From an uncultured Gammaproteobacteria bacterium (GTDB taxonomy: Bacteria; Patescibacteriota; Microgenomatia; UBA8517): a DNA stretch of 64,000 bases. A model generated the notes under the pieces. That model saw nothing but the letters and a program-made list of their open reading frames with translations, did no database searches and was not told where the DNA came from. The stretch lies in the NCBI GenBank assembly GCA_964645605.1, contig CAZYCE010000004.1, positions 3,934 through 67,933 on the forward strand. The letters run 5' to 3'. The position numbers and the translations under genes are program-made. This document shows positions 38,509 to 48,244 of this stretch, in pieces (positions within the stretch are counted from its first letter, which is position 1; each line of letters starts with the position of its first letter).

Positions 38509-38854
38509 AAAGGAAGATTGACAGGCTATCGGCAATTTCATCCCTATCTCTAGTGGACATTACACCAAGACCTACGCTAGTTCTTATTTGTGAATTACTT
38601 TCTACTACTTTTCTGGCCAAAGTTAGATGTCCGATTCCGGCCAAATAGTACTGAAAGCAAGCCTCTTTCAAATTCATCGTGGCTTTTTCCTCAATTTGCT
38701 CCCAGTAATCTGTATCCGAAACACCAAACACGTCTTCGGGATATGTGCTTTTTAAACCTACTAAAACAGACTCCCAAGAGCCCTCTGCGAGCCTAAATCT
38801 GGGTTTCTTTTCATTTTCAAATCTGGTGCGTCTTTCTCCCTTTTCTGCCGTCAT
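38465..38854 (-). CDS. Hypothetical protein
   Basis: ORF preceded by TATAAT 5 nt before ATG. Confidence 0.6.
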   Translation of the reverse strand: MTAEKGERRTRFENEKKPRFRLAEGSWESVLVGLKSTYPEDVFGVSDTDYWEQIEEKATMNLKEACFQYYLAGIGHLTLARKVVESNSQIRTSVGLGVMSTRDRDEIADSLSIFLYDNYPEKYKKRIKK

Positions 38855-38924
38855 GGCCAATTATAACATTCAAATACAATATATCTTGTGCGCTCAGGAA
38901 TAATTTGATACAATTCACATCTAG

Positions 38925-39110
38925 ATGAAATCCGTAGTTACTTTCTTTTCAGAAGTAAAAAGCGAACTTTCCAAAGTTACCTGGCCAAAGAAAGACGAAG
39001 CCGTAAGGCTTACGAGCATTGTTATTCTAGTCTCTGTGATAGTCGGATTGTATGTAGGCGGATTTGATTATCTGTTTACAACCCTATTAACAAAATTATT
39101 AACTAAATGA
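38925..39110 (+). CDS. secE: Preprotein translocase SecE
   Basis: ELSKVTWP plus TM; upstream of nusG. Confidence 0.95.
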   Translation: MKSVVTFFSEVKSELSKVTWPKKDEAVRLTSIVILVSVIVGLYVGGFDYLFTTLLTKLLTK

Positions 39111-39736
39111 ACGACGACGCAAAACAGCCTGAAAATGTAGCAGGAGTTGCCGAACGCGGCATTGGAGGCAAAAAAATCCAAGGCCACATGGTCATCTCTC
39201 AAACCACCGATCCCAAGGCTAAATGGTATGTGGTTCACACATCTTCAGGGCATGAGGTTCGCGTCATGGATACTCTCAGGCAGAGGGTTGAAACAATGAA
39301 TTTGGAAGGCAGGGTTTTCGAGATGCTTGTGCCAACCCAAGACAGAGTCATCATCAGGAGCGGCAAAAAGGCTACAATCAAAGAGAAAATTTTCCCCGGG
39401 TACCTGCTTGTCAAAATGATATTGGATGACCCGACCTGGCTGGCGGTAAGGACCACGGCCGGAATTACAGGATTCGTCGGAGCAGGAAATAAACCCACAC
39501 CCCTATCTGAAGCGGAAGTTGCCAATATTCAAAAGTTTATAAGCTCCCCGGCCCCGAGATTTAAAACTAAATTCAGTATTGGTGAAGCCGTTAAAATAGT
39601 CGACGGTCCTTTTTCCGATTTTCTTGGAACGATCCATGAAATGGATGAAGAAAAAGGCAAGGTTAAAGTCTTGGTTTCCATTTTCGGGCGAGAAACTCCG
39701 GTAGAGCTGGATTTCTTACAAATACAAAAAGTTTAA
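39107..39736 (+). CDS. nusG: Transcription factor NusG
   Basis: WYVVHT.SG.E, FPGYLLV, GPF.DF.G, IFGRETPVEL. Confidence 0.97.
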   Translation: MNDDAKQPENVAGVAERGIGGKKIQGHMVISQTTDPKAKWYVVHTSSGHEVRVMDTLRQRVETMNLEGRVFEMLVPTQDRVIIRSGKKATIKEKIFPGYLLVKMILDDPTWLAVRTTAGITGFVGAGNKPTPLSEAEVANIQKFISSPAPRFKTKFSIGEAVKIVDGPFSDFLGTIHEMDEEKGKVKVLVSIFGRETPVELDFLQIQKV

Positions 39737-39790
39737 TGACTTTTTGACCTTAAAGGGTGATAAAAGGTTTAACAATTTCCATAAATTAAA

Positions 39791-39991
39791 ATGCAAGAAC
39801 GAGATCTAGCAGACAGAAGTATTTTAGAAATTTACTATCAACTTGGAAAAGTCTCCTCCCATAGCGGTATAAAACCTATCGAAGCAATTCAAGAAATAAT
39901 AAAGTCGGATCCGGAAAAACAAGCCGTATTTTTGGAAGGTGCCGCCGAAGGACAAAGGTTAAAAGAGGAAGAGGAATTTCAAGGAAAGTAA
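39791..39991 (+). CDS. Small hypothetical protein
   Basis: 66-aa ORF. Confidence 0.45.
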   Translation: MQERDLADRSILEIYYQLGKVSSHSGIKPIEAIQEIIKSDPEKQAVFLEGAAEGQRLKEEEEFQGK

Positions 39992-40002
39992 CGAAAGAAC
40001 AA

Positions 40003-40659
40003 TCACTTCAAATCAACAGCCCTGCTGTCACAAACGTAGCCCTGTATGTGGAACATATTGTTCTCCAATATACCAACCGCCAATCCTTGCCCAAATTTAG
40101 ACACACTTAGTGAATTATTTTTCGAATAATTTTTATTCTCTTCTAACGGAGGATTATCTATTCCATAATTTTGTGCAGCACGACCGTTTACAATTACTTT
40201 TATGGCGTAAAGCCTATTAGAGGTACCCAGATCTTCTCTCCCGGAATCGTTAATTAGATTTCCGTTTGTTGTTGGGTATACTCCAACTCTAATTTCTTCA
40301 TTTAAGATTTCACTCTTACCCTCAACTTTATAAAGAGTTGGGTCGGTTATTTCCCCCAATATTCTTACAACTTCGGCCCCTTCTTCAAACGGCTTAACAA
40401 CTTGATCCTCACCTCTTTTGCGTATTTGCAATTTGTCCGTAAACTCAGTTGGATAGACAATCACAATTTCTTTTGCCTCTCCGCTAATGTTTAGTGGAAC
40501 CTTATCGTAATTACCAACTTCTTTAAATGATAACTCCGGTTTTTTCGAAGACTCCGGAGCACAGGCCGACAGTGCGGTAGCCGTCGCACCAATGCCTAAA
40601 AGTCTTAAAAACCCCCTTCTGGTCATTTTTGTTGGTTCGTTGTTTACTCCTTCCGACAT
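40003..40659 (-). CDS. Lipoprotein with twin-arginine-like signal
   Basis: TRRGFL, hydrophobic stretch, lipobox LSAC. Confidence 0.7.
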   Translation of the reverse strand: MSEGVNNEPTKMTRRGFLRLLGIGATATALSACAPESSKKPELSFKEVGNYDKVPLNISGEAKEIVIVYPTEFTDKLQIRKRGEDQVVKPFEEGAEVVRILGEITDPTLYKVEGKSEILNEEIRVGVYPTTNGNLINDSGREDLGTSNRLYAIKVIVNGRAAQNYGIDNPPLEENKNYSKNNSLSVSKFGQGLAVGILENNMFHIQGYVCDSRAVDLK

Positions 40660-40660
40660 A

Positions 40661-40879
40661 TTATTTGCTCTTTTCCTGAGGCGCAGGCATACCCGTAACG
40701 ACTACTTTATAGACATCCGCCACTGTTTGGCCTTTCTCATTCTTTCTTAAATTGTCCAGCGAAATACCCTTTTGTTCCGCCGCCTTTATGAGATTTAAGG
40801 TTGGGGTTGCACCTATAACCGCACCTTTTGCCACGGGGAGAACCCAATTGACTTTCTCCGCTTTTCCTTCTTCAGACAT
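40661..40879 (-). CDS. Small hypothetical protein
   Basis: 72-aa ORF with TAGAAT 6 nt before ATG. Confidence 0.55.
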   Translation of the reverse strand: MSEEGKAEKVNWVLPVAKGAVIGATPTLNLIKAAEQKGISLDNLRKNEKGQTVADVYKVVVTGMPAPQEKSK

Positions 40880-41041
40880 GCTTTTATTCTACACACAGTT
40901 CTCACTTTACTCAACTGCGATTCTCTTATATAATACTCATACCTCGGTTAATCTGAGGCAGACTGACCAAGTCGAAAGCTTCGCAACAAGTTACTCTCTT
41001 TCGCTTGGAATTTCTAAATTCTAATTTCTGATAACCAAAGT

Positions 41042-41464
41042 ATGGCAAAAAAAGTTAAAACAGTAGTCAAAATTAATCTTAAGGCAGCCGAGGCTACACC
41101 TGCTCCTCCGGTAGGAACAGCATTGGGACAGCACGGTGTCGCCATCATGGATTTTGTAAAGCAGTATAATGACAAAACTGCCGAAATGAAGGGTCAGATT
41201 GTTCCCGCAGTCATTACCATTTACGAAGACAGAAGCTTTGACTTTATTATTAAAAAAGCTCCCGTATCGGACATGATTAAAAAGACTTTAGGTATAGAAA
41301 AAGGTTCGGGAAAAATGCCCGCAGAAGTCGCCGGAACCCTGACTCGTGACCAGGTTAGAAAAATTGCCGAGGAAAAATTGGTTGATTTAAATACCGCAAA
41401 TGTTGAGGCGGCCATGAAAATTGTTGAAGGTACTGCCAGAAGCATGGGAGTAAAGGTGGAATAA
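41042..41464 (+). CDS. rplK: 50S ribosomal protein L11
   Basis: ATPAPPVGTALGQHG, GTARSMG. Confidence 0.97.
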   Translation: MAKKVKTVVKINLKAAEATPAPPVGTALGQHGVAIMDFVKQYNDKTAEMKGQIVPAVITIYEDRSFDFIIKKAPVSDMIKKTLGIEKGSGKMPAEVAGTLTRDQVRKIAEEKLVDLNTANVEAAMKIVEGTARSMGVKVE

Positions 41465-41542
41465 AAATCATATAAAATTCTGCAGAAAATGTTAAACGAT
41501 TCGAAGAATCTCTAAGAATGAATTTCATATAACATTAAAAAT

Positions 41543-42340
41543 ATGGGAAAAATGAAAACCGCCATTGTTGGCGAAAGCAAAAACCAAGAAAAACACGACA
41601 AAGCCCACAAAGCCGATGCCGAAAAAGTCCATATAGCAGGACTTAAGGGTGGCGAGCGCGTAAAAATCGTTGAGGCTGCACCTACCGAAGAATCTCCGAT
41701 AGTGGAAGAAGGCGAAATTGGAAAAGTCTCACAAAAAACCAAGAAAATTGAAAGAGTTAGGGGAAAAAAATATGTTGAGGCAAAAAGTAAACTTGACCAC
41801 GAAAAGTTTCACAAAATATCCGAGGCCGTAAAGCTTGTAAAAGAAACCTCATATTCGAAATTTGACGGAACGATGGAGCTTCATATTGTTGTTAAAAAAA
41901 TCGGAACTTCAGTACAGGTCACACTTCCCCATCAAGCCGGAAAATCCAAAAAGGTCGAGGTTGCCAATGACGACACAATCGCAAAACTAAAGACCGGGAA
42001 AATTGATTTTGACATACTGGTTGCAAGCCCCGATATGATGCCCAAACTTGTTCCTTTTGCAAGACTTCTCGGGCCAAAGGGACTTATGCCTAACCCCAAA
42101 AACGGTACTTTGGTAAATGATCCAAAAAAACTTAAATCATTTTCGGCTGCAACGGTTACATTAAAAACGGAAAGAGAAGCCCCTCTTATTCACACGGTTG
42201 TCGGTAAGGTTAGCCAAAAGGACGAAGAAATTATAGAAAATATAGAGTCTATCATTAGGGCTCTTGGCGGAGACAAGGGAATTGTCCGAGCCTTTCTGAA
42301 AGCAACAATGAGTCCAGTAGCAAAAATTAGTCTAAAATAA
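41543..42340 (+). CDS. rplA: 50S ribosomal protein L1 with N-terminal extension
   Basis: KFD.T.ELH, LGPKGLMPNPKNGT, TMSP. Confidence 0.93.
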   Translation: MGKMKTAIVGESKNQEKHDKAHKADAEKVHIAGLKGGERVKIVEAAPTEESPIVEEGEIGKVSQKTKKIERVRGKKYVEAKSKLDHEKFHKISEAVKLVKETSYSKFDGTMELHIVVKKIGTSVQVTLPHQAGKSKKVEVANDDTIAKLKTGKIDFDILVASPDMMPKLVPFARLLGPKGLMPNPKNGTLVNDPKKLKSFSAATVTLKTEREAPLIHTVVGKVSQKDEEIIENIESIIRALGGDKGIVRAFLKATMSPVAKISLK

Positions 42341-42344
42341 TAGC

Positions 42345-42605
42345 ATGCCTGAAAATTCGGCAAGTTTACCAAAGCCCCAGTGGATGGATCACGAGAAAGA
42401 AAGGCTTTCTAACCTCGATAATAAAGTTCCCCCCAGGCCTAAGCGCCCCACAACGGAAGAGACGGCTCTAAAACAGTTGAAAAGCTATGTAATAAAAAAC
42501 CATTTGGATAGCGATCCCAAGCTTGTTCCCGATAGTTTTGATGGGCCGGATAAAGTAAATAGAGAAACGATTCATAGGATCATTGAAAAAGTTAATCGAA
42601 TCTGA
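42345..42605 (+). CDS. Small hypothetical protein
   Basis: 86-aa ORF between rplA and rplJ. Confidence 0.45.
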   Translation: MPENSASLPKPQWMDHEKERLSNLDNKVPPRPKRPTTEETALKQLKSYVIKNHLDSDPKLVPDSFDGPDKVNRETIHRIIEKVNRI

Positions 42606-42644
42606 TCCTTGATTGAAAGAATGATTGGTTATATAATTGCGCTT

Positions 42645-42728
42645 ACCTAAGAAAGTACGCATACAATTAAGTCGTACCGAGGAATAAACGCTTTGAAACA
42701 AGCGCCCTCGATGGGCGCGTTTTTTTTA
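42645..42728 (+). promoter_or_regulatory. L10 leader with attenuator hairpin
   Basis: CCUAAGAAAGUACG..UUAA..CGUACCGAGG then GCGCCC-UCGAU-GGGCGC and U-run; promoter TTGATT-17-TATAAT at 42609..42637. Confidence 0.75.
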
Positions 42729-42739
42729 GGTAGAAAAAC

Positions 42740-43264
42740 ATGTTGAAAGCAGAAAAAGTATTTTTTGTAGATAACTTAAAGGCAGAATTAAAAGACGCTA
42801 AATCAGTCGTCTTGGTTAACTATGCAGGACTTGCCGTTAAGCCCCAACAGGAACTTAAAAGAAGACTCTCCGAAGTCGGCGGAAAAATGATTGTAGTTAA
42901 AAACACACTTCTCTCACGAGCGGCAGAAACAGCCGGTTTTAATAACAAAGATTTGAAGGAAGGTATTTTGACAGGACAAACTGCCTTAATCATTGCAACT
43001 GACGATCCTATCGCCCCAATCCAAATTCTCGGTAAATTTGCAAAAGAATTTGAAGTACCGAAATTCAAAGTTGGAATGGTTGATGGGTCATTCCAAGATT
43101 CTGCCTCTCTATCTCAAATATCAAATCTCCCCAACCGAGATGCTCTTTTGGGGCAGTTCCTTGGAACTTTGATGGGAGCTCAATATGGACTTGTCGGAAC
43201 ATTGAATGCAAATTTACAAAAATTAGTATATGTCCTTAGCGAGGCAAGCAAGAAAAAACAGTGA
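42740..43264 (+). CDS. rplJ: 50S ribosomal protein L10
   Basis: Y.GL.V, VVKNTL, L.G.TA, LP.R. Confidence 0.95.
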   Translation: MLKAEKVFFVDNLKAELKDAKSVVLVNYAGLAVKPQQELKRRLSEVGGKMIVVKNTLLSRAAETAGFNNKDLKEGILTGQTALIIATDDPIAPIQILGKFAKEFEVPKFKVGMVDGSFQDSASLSQISNLPNRDALLGQFLGTLMGAQYGLVGTLNANLQKLVYVLSEASKKKQ

Positions 43265-43335
43265 GGAGGCTTGCCTCTCCGAAGCCCGAATGGATTACCA
43301 TCCTTCGCTAACGGCCTCGGAAAGGCGAAGGGAGG
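43263..43335. repeat. Nested REP-like palindrome with GAA/GAA internal loop
   Basis: CCTCTCCGAAGCC...CCTTCGCTAACGGCCTCGGAAAGG...GGCGAAGGGAGG. Confidence 0.5.
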
Positions 43336-43345
43336 TGAATAAATA

Positions 43346-43753
43346 ATGACGCAAGATTCAAAAAAAGCATCAGAAAAAGTTGAGAAAATAGTTGAGGATG
43401 TATCCAAACTTTCCGTTTTGGAACTTTCTGAACTGGTCGCATCTTTGCAGGACAAACTTGGTGTGACAGCCTCTATGCCGGTTGCAGCAGCAGCTCCGGT
43501 GGCAGCGGCAGGAGAAGCCCCGGCAGAAGACACAGGAAGTGCCAACAAAACAGTTGTCATGATCGATTCCGGTGCAAATAAAATTGCAGTTATTAAGGCT
43601 TTAAGGGAGATTGATCCCAACTTAACCTTGATGGATGCAAAAGGTATGACCGATACGGTACCCGCTGAAGTTTTGAAAGATGCTAAAGCAGAAGATGCTA
43701 AGGCAGCTTCCGATAAACTTGTAGCTGCAGGTGCTAAAGTGGAACTCAAATAA
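43346..43753 (+). CDS. rplL: 50S ribosomal protein L7/L12
   Basis: LSVLELSELV, KIAVIKALRE, AGAKVELK. Confidence 0.97.
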   Translation: MTQDSKKASEKVEKIVEDVSKLSVLELSELVASLQDKLGVTASMPVAAAAPVAAAGEAPAEDTGSANKTVVMIDSGANKIAVIKALREIDPNLTLMDAKGMTDTVPAEVLKDAKAEDAKAASDKLVAAGAKVELK

Positions 43754-43784
43754 AAGTTTAATTTTACTGAGCTCTACAACAGAG

Positions 43785-43811
43785 AATCCCGCTTAAAGAG
43801 CGGGATTTTTT
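43785..43811 (+). terminator. Intrinsic terminator after rplL
   Basis: AATCCCGCT-TAAAG-AGCGGGATT plus T-run. Confidence 0.8.
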
Positions 43812-43946
43812 GTTAGACATTAAGCGACACTTCGTAAAATATTCGGAGTGTGAAAAGTTAGATAATAATCTGACAGCGAGAACATAAAAAAGACTCGAAA
43901 AGTATATTTTATACCGCAAATACGAATCAAAAACTGGTTGTATATT

Positions 43947-44891
43947 TTATTGATTAAGTTTACTTTTAAAACTTTTTATTAGAGCCTGTAAAAAAACATC
44001 CCTATTTTTCATTTCCCATTTTGGAAAACCCATTTGATCATTTATTTCGAATATGCGCGGTTTCCCGGTCTTATCGACTCCAAAATCTAAGCTATAAATC
44101 GGGTTATTAAACCTTTCGGAAAAGACTGACGATACTTCGTTTACAGCCTTTTTGATAGACGTGGGCACCCTTTCATAATCAATTTCAGTAAGACTCCCGC
44201 CCTGCGCAGCATTGGCCAATAAACTACCGGACGCCGGCACTCTCACATGGCACCAGACGGGCTTGCCATTGACTATTACAACGCGTAAATCGTGCGTTCC
44301 AGGAGCAATGCCGGGTATTCCCCCGCTGGTATCAATAAACTCTTGAGCAATGTAGTGTGAATATTTTTCATCAAACTTAAAGCTTAAAGCTTCCTGTTTT
44401 GATCCGATAAAAATACCCAGTCCTTTCAGACCGTTTAAAGGTTTGAGCACTGCGAGATCACTTTTTATTTGTGAAAGGATTTTTGGCAATTCTTTTTTGT
44501 CGTCAATGATAAAAGTTTGAGGTGTGTACTCGCCAATTAGCTTAGATGTTGCCCATTTATCCCAGGCAAGAATTTTAAATTCACGTTCGTTGACAACAAG
44601 GAGGTTGTCATCAGGAATCGGAAAGGAAATGCCGCCGGTTCTGTCATAAACCAGATCCAGTTTGACAGGCTCAAATATTTGAATGTATTCCCTATTTTTA
44701 AAACGCCAGACCCCTTTAAAAATTCCGTTTCCGTTATAGGTTTTTCTGGTTAAAACATATGTTTCCCAACCCTGAGACGCACAAAGTTCCAAGAGCCGTT
44801 CATACACGGGATACTTAGCGCCGATGTGCCCAAGTGGAGTAATCCCCGAGAAATCTCTGGAGAACACTATTCCAACTTTTTTTACCATCAT
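43947..44891 (-). CDS. ATP-grasp ligase (RimK/GshB-like)
   Basis: DK, VLKP..G..G.GI, QEFID, DLRV, N..QGG, FEIN. Confidence 0.85.
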   Translation of the reverse strand: MMVKKVGIVFSRDFSGITPLGHIGAKYPVYERLLELCASQGWETYVLTRKTYNGNGIFKGVWRFKNREYIQIFEPVKLDLVYDRTGGISFPIPDDNLLVVNEREFKILAWDKWATSKLIGEYTPQTFIIDDKKELPKILSQIKSDLAVLKPLNGLKGLGIFIGSKQEALSFKFDEKYSHYIAQEFIDTSGGIPGIAPGTHDLRVVIVNGKPVWCHVRVPASGSLLANAAQGGSLTEIDYERVPTSIKKAVNEVSSVFSERFNNPIYSLDFGVDKTGKPRIFEINDQMGFPKWEMKNRDVFLQALIKSFKSKLNQ

Positions 44892-45802
44892 TATTTTTCC
44901 AGTTCCTCCCTAAAATATTTTGCAATCTGATCGGGTTCTGTCGATCCTTCCGCCTCAAAACTAAAACCCGGCCCCCTGTTTACCTCAATCAGATAATACT
45001 TACCGGACTCAAAGTCCCGTGCGATATCAACACCGGCGATTTGAAGATTGAGTTTAACGGCTGCATCAATGGCTATCTTAGCAAGATCGGACGGAATTTT
45101 ATCTAACTCCAGAAATTCCTCTTTTGCTCCCAGAGAGACATTGTGCCTAAACTCTCCTTTAACTGTTAGGATCTTTTTCTCCCAAACTCCAACCTTTTGT
45201 CCCAAAACTAAAACTCTATATTCTTCTCCTAAGTTTTTATATTCCTGAAACAGAAATTGGTTGTCGGAACCGCTGTTACTTTTTGCAGGAAGATCTGCAA
45301 ATCCCTCAACCGAGTTGATTTTATAAACACCTTTTCCTTTTTGCATAGAAAGTTCTTTAGCTATGAGCGGAAAGCCCAGTTCCCTTGCTATTCGTTCTTT
45401 ATACTTATCTATTTGTTTCTGACGAACATAAATACTGTTGATTATTGGAAGTCCTAAGACGCTAAGCTTAACTAAAGATGTAAATTTACTTCCCAAAGGT
45501 CCTATTTCTCCCCAAGAAGTATCAATGAACTTGATCTTTTTGGCTTTTAGACAAATGGCCAGAGTAGCAGCCATAATAGAGAAACCCCCTCCAGCTCGTC
45601 TGAAGTATACCAAATCATAATCCGTAATCGGATTTCCACCTATTTCTACATAAATATCTTTATCGGAAATAGAAAAATATAAATCGGAAAATTCTGCCAA
45701 ATCGACATCAACATTTTTCCCCAACCTCCGGGACATTTCTCTAACAAATATTTCCTTTTTGAGTCCCCTTGTTCCGACAAGAACCAGTATTTTTTTCATC
45801 AT
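44891..45802 (-). CDS. RimK-family ATP-grasp ligase
   Basis: FPLIAK, GKGV, QEY, EYRV, FRHNVSLG, AGVDI, IEVN..PGF. Confidence 0.9.
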   Translation of the reverse strand: MMKKILVLVGTRGLKKEIFVREMSRRLGKNVDVDLAEFSDLYFSISDKDIYVEIGGNPITDYDLVYFRRAGGGFSIMAATLAICLKAKKIKFIDTSWGEIGPLGSKFTSLVKLSVLGLPIINSIYVRQKQIDKYKERIARELGFPLIAKELSMQKGKGVYKINSVEGFADLPAKSNSGSDNQFLFQEYKNLGEEYRVLVLGQKVGVWEKKILTVKGEFRHNVSLGAKEEFLELDKIPSDLAKIAIDAAVKLNLQIAGVDIARDFESGKYYLIEVNRGPGFSFEAEGSTEPDQIAKYFREELEK

Positions 45803-45819
45803 TTTTTGTAAACGCCAAC

Positions 45820-47118
45820 CTAAATTTCTCTTGCTCGATCGTCCACCTTAACCAAAAATCCTTGCAAATCTCGTCTTCCAATTATAAATACCTTCTTTAA
45901 TCCTTTACGGTTTGAAACTGAAGCAATCGTATTTATCCTTCTTCCGGCTAGAATGAAGCTAATGTTAATTACGGGTCTTTCTTCAGATCCTAAAGCACTT
46001 TTAAAAACCTTACTCCAAAGTATGTTATTTTTAATCAAAAGCCCGTTATCCTCTGCAAATGTTTTATCTATTGAGCTTCTCCAAGCCCCTGTATCAATTT
46101 TCGCCATAACTTCCACTTTGCGTTTATTGGGAAGAACTATTTTTATCATCTCTTCATTGTTAATGGTTTTTATCCCTGCCTCGATAGCCTTTTTATTCTT
46201 AAATCTGCCTGCAAAAAGGGCCTTTGCGATTCTTATTCCATGTTCCGCATCGGTTACCTCAAGGTCTTCAACTCTTTCAAGCCGTCTTTTTAATCCTTCA
46301 CCGTTAGCAAGTTGTATCTGAAGTCCGGGCTGGGCATTAAGTTCCAACACCATCGGACCCTTTTCCGGATGGACCACTATGTCTACTCCCAAATAACCCA
46401 AATGTGAGGCTTCCTGAGCCTTGACCGCAGTTTCCAAAATCAGATTCCAGTCGGGTATTTTTATCCCTCGTAAGACCCTCTCCGTACCGGGCCTGAACAC
46501 AATTTCCTCCCCATGCCAAATCGCCCTGGTGGTAATCCCCGTTGCAATGTCCACTCCTACCCCAATTGCACCCTGATGCAAATTGGCACGACCCCCCGAC
46601 TCCCGAGTGGGAAGCCTAAGCATAGCCATAATCGGGATTTTATTAAAAACGATTATACGAACATCAGGAGTACCCCGATATGCCCACCTTCGGAAAACTT
46701 CGGCTCTACCCACATACTCCTGAATGAAAGCGACATCCGGAATATTACCCATTGAATATGCACCCTCCAGAATGTCTAGGGTGTGGAGTTTAAGATCGTC
46801 CATCATTATCTTTTCCTTCTGCGTGGTTAACCAGCCACCGTCCTTAAGGCGTCTTTTAACAACAATTATGCCTTCTCCTCCCATTCCGCGGCTGGGTTTT
46901 AAGGCAAATTTCGGAGGAAGACTGTTCCAATCAAATTCAAGAACATCTCTAGGATCTGTAAATTTTTTGTAAATCTTTGGGTGGGCAACCTTAGCTTTTC
47001 TCAAAATTCTAGCTGTCTGGATTTTTGAATCGGCAATGTTTTTGCCGCTTTTGGTATTGTATCTGTAAGCAAATAATTGGCTTCTAGCATTTAGACCAAG
47101 AATAGATGAGGCTTTCAT
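45820..47118 (-). CDS. Alpha-L-glutamate ligase-like ATP-grasp fused to a RimK-associated aspartic protease domain
   Basis: ILGLNAR, KPSRG.GG.GI, G.PDVRII, ANLHQGAIG, LELNA.PGL.IQLAN; C-terminal AKIDTGA..IGRRDL. Confidence 0.88.
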   Translation of the reverse strand: MKASSILGLNARSQLFAYRYNTKSGKNIADSKIQTARILRKAKVAHPKIYKKFTDPRDVLEFDWNSLPPKFALKPSRGMGGEGIIVVKRRLKDGGWLTTQKEKIMMDDLKLHTLDILEGAYSMGNIPDVAFIQEYVGRAEVFRRWAYRGTPDVRIIVFNKIPIMAMLRLPTRESGGRANLHQGAIGVGVDIATGITTRAIWHGEEIVFRPGTERVLRGIKIPDWNLILETAVKAQEASHLGYLGVDIVVHPEKGPMVLELNAQPGLQIQLANGEGLKRRLERVEDLEVTDAEHGIRIAKALFAGRFKNKKAIEAGIKTINNEEMIKIVLPNKRKVEVMAKIDTGAWRSSIDKTFAEDNGLLIKNNILWSKVFKSALGSEERPVINISFILAGRRINTIASVSNRKGLKKVFIIGRRDLQGFLVKVDDRAREI

Positions 47119-47130
47119 TTCGAAACAGGC

Positions 47131-48042
47131 CTAAGACCTGATAAGCTTTCTAAAACGATAAAACTCCATTACCCGCAACCCGGTATACTTTCCGAGAATC
47201 AAATCGGCAACCGCAACCAGAATAAGGGATATTTCGGGATTTAAAAGAACATAGGCCCTTAAAGGCTGTAGCGTTAAAAATAGATATGAGATCGCCGAGA
47301 GGATCAATGTCTCAAAAGTCAAGTTGACCGCTGTTTTTGCGCTTTTCCCAAGTTGTACTCGACTAAAGTCCTCCGCCAAAAGAATTAATATTAAAACCGC
47401 GAATATCGAAACGTTCGCGAGTGCGGGAAAATTAAGCAAGGGAGCCATAAAAAGTACTCCCAAAACTCCAAGAACCACCGCCCAAAGAATAAAAGACATT
47501 TTGGGAAGATACTGCAGTTTAAGCTTAAGTTTACGGAGAAGTAAACGGACTGCGGTTGACACGGTAACAATAACCAGGAAAAGTCCGATTCCGACAACGG
47601 GGCCCGTTGCCACAAACACAACGGAAAGAGCCGCCGGCAGGAAAATTCCAAATCCGCGGATTCCAACAACATTCCTGGAAAATGCGATAACGAAGGTTAC
47701 TATTGGTAAAAGTAGAAGAAGAACAATAGTATTTACAGGAACTCCGGAAGCAACCGCTCCCCGGATAGCATACTTAATAGGATTAAACGGCCAAGTGGGA
47801 CCAAGTTTTTGATTTTTTAATATCAGCTCCAACGGACCCAGGGATTCCAGGCTTTTTTGTGTAATATCGATAGGCGCCGCTACCGGAGTTAATGCCGGCG
47901 TTGCCGAAGCTGTAGCCTCAGCTGAGGCTGTGGCAGTAGGTTCAGGAGTAAAAGTTTTGGCCGCGACAGCGACAGGCCTTAAGAGGCTAATTACGGCAAC
48001 CATAACAAGCAATAATGATAGTATTTTTCGCATGGGATCCAA
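47131..48042 (-). CDS. 7TM (transglutaminase-associated type) membrane protein
   Basis: LLLPI..R.VVG.RGFGIF.P, GKYTGLR..E.YRF. Confidence 0.8.
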   Translation of the reverse strand: MDPMRKILSLLLVMVAVISLLRPVAVAAKTFTPEPTATASAEATASATPALTPVAAPIDITQKSLESLGPLELILKNQKLGPTWPFNPIKYAIRGAVASGVPVNTIVLLLLLPIVTFVIAFSRNVVGIRGFGIFLPAALSVVFVATGPVVGIGLFLVIVTVSTAVRLLLRKLKLKLQYLPKMSFILWAVVLGVLGVLFMAPLLNFPALANVSIFAVLILILLAEDFSRVQLGKSAKTAVNLTFETLILSAISYLFLTLQPLRAYVLLNPEISLILVAVADLILGKYTGLRVMEFYRFRKLIRS

Positions 48043-48244
48043 TTTTTGGAAAGTGCGTATATTTTACCACAAGGAATGCAAAATTCCGAGTGGCAAGATC
48101 TTTTTGCGAAGCAAAAAGTAGACTTAACACAAATAAGGCCAAAGGTCCCTTAAAAAGTGATTGTGTATTTTTTAAAAAAATCAGCTAGAATTAGGCTTCG
48201 CCGCCAAATATTTCCCCCAAGGGGGATTTTCGGCGTTCAAAAAT

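Noticed and set aside
40941-41000. L1-binding leader upstream of rplK
   Set aside because: A hairpin is possible but the canonical GGGAG/ACCAC-type motif is not evident.
43180-43749. Long antisense ORFs such as 43180..43749, 9232..9810 and 5622..6149
   Set aside because: Shadow frames of well-supported genes on the opposite strand.
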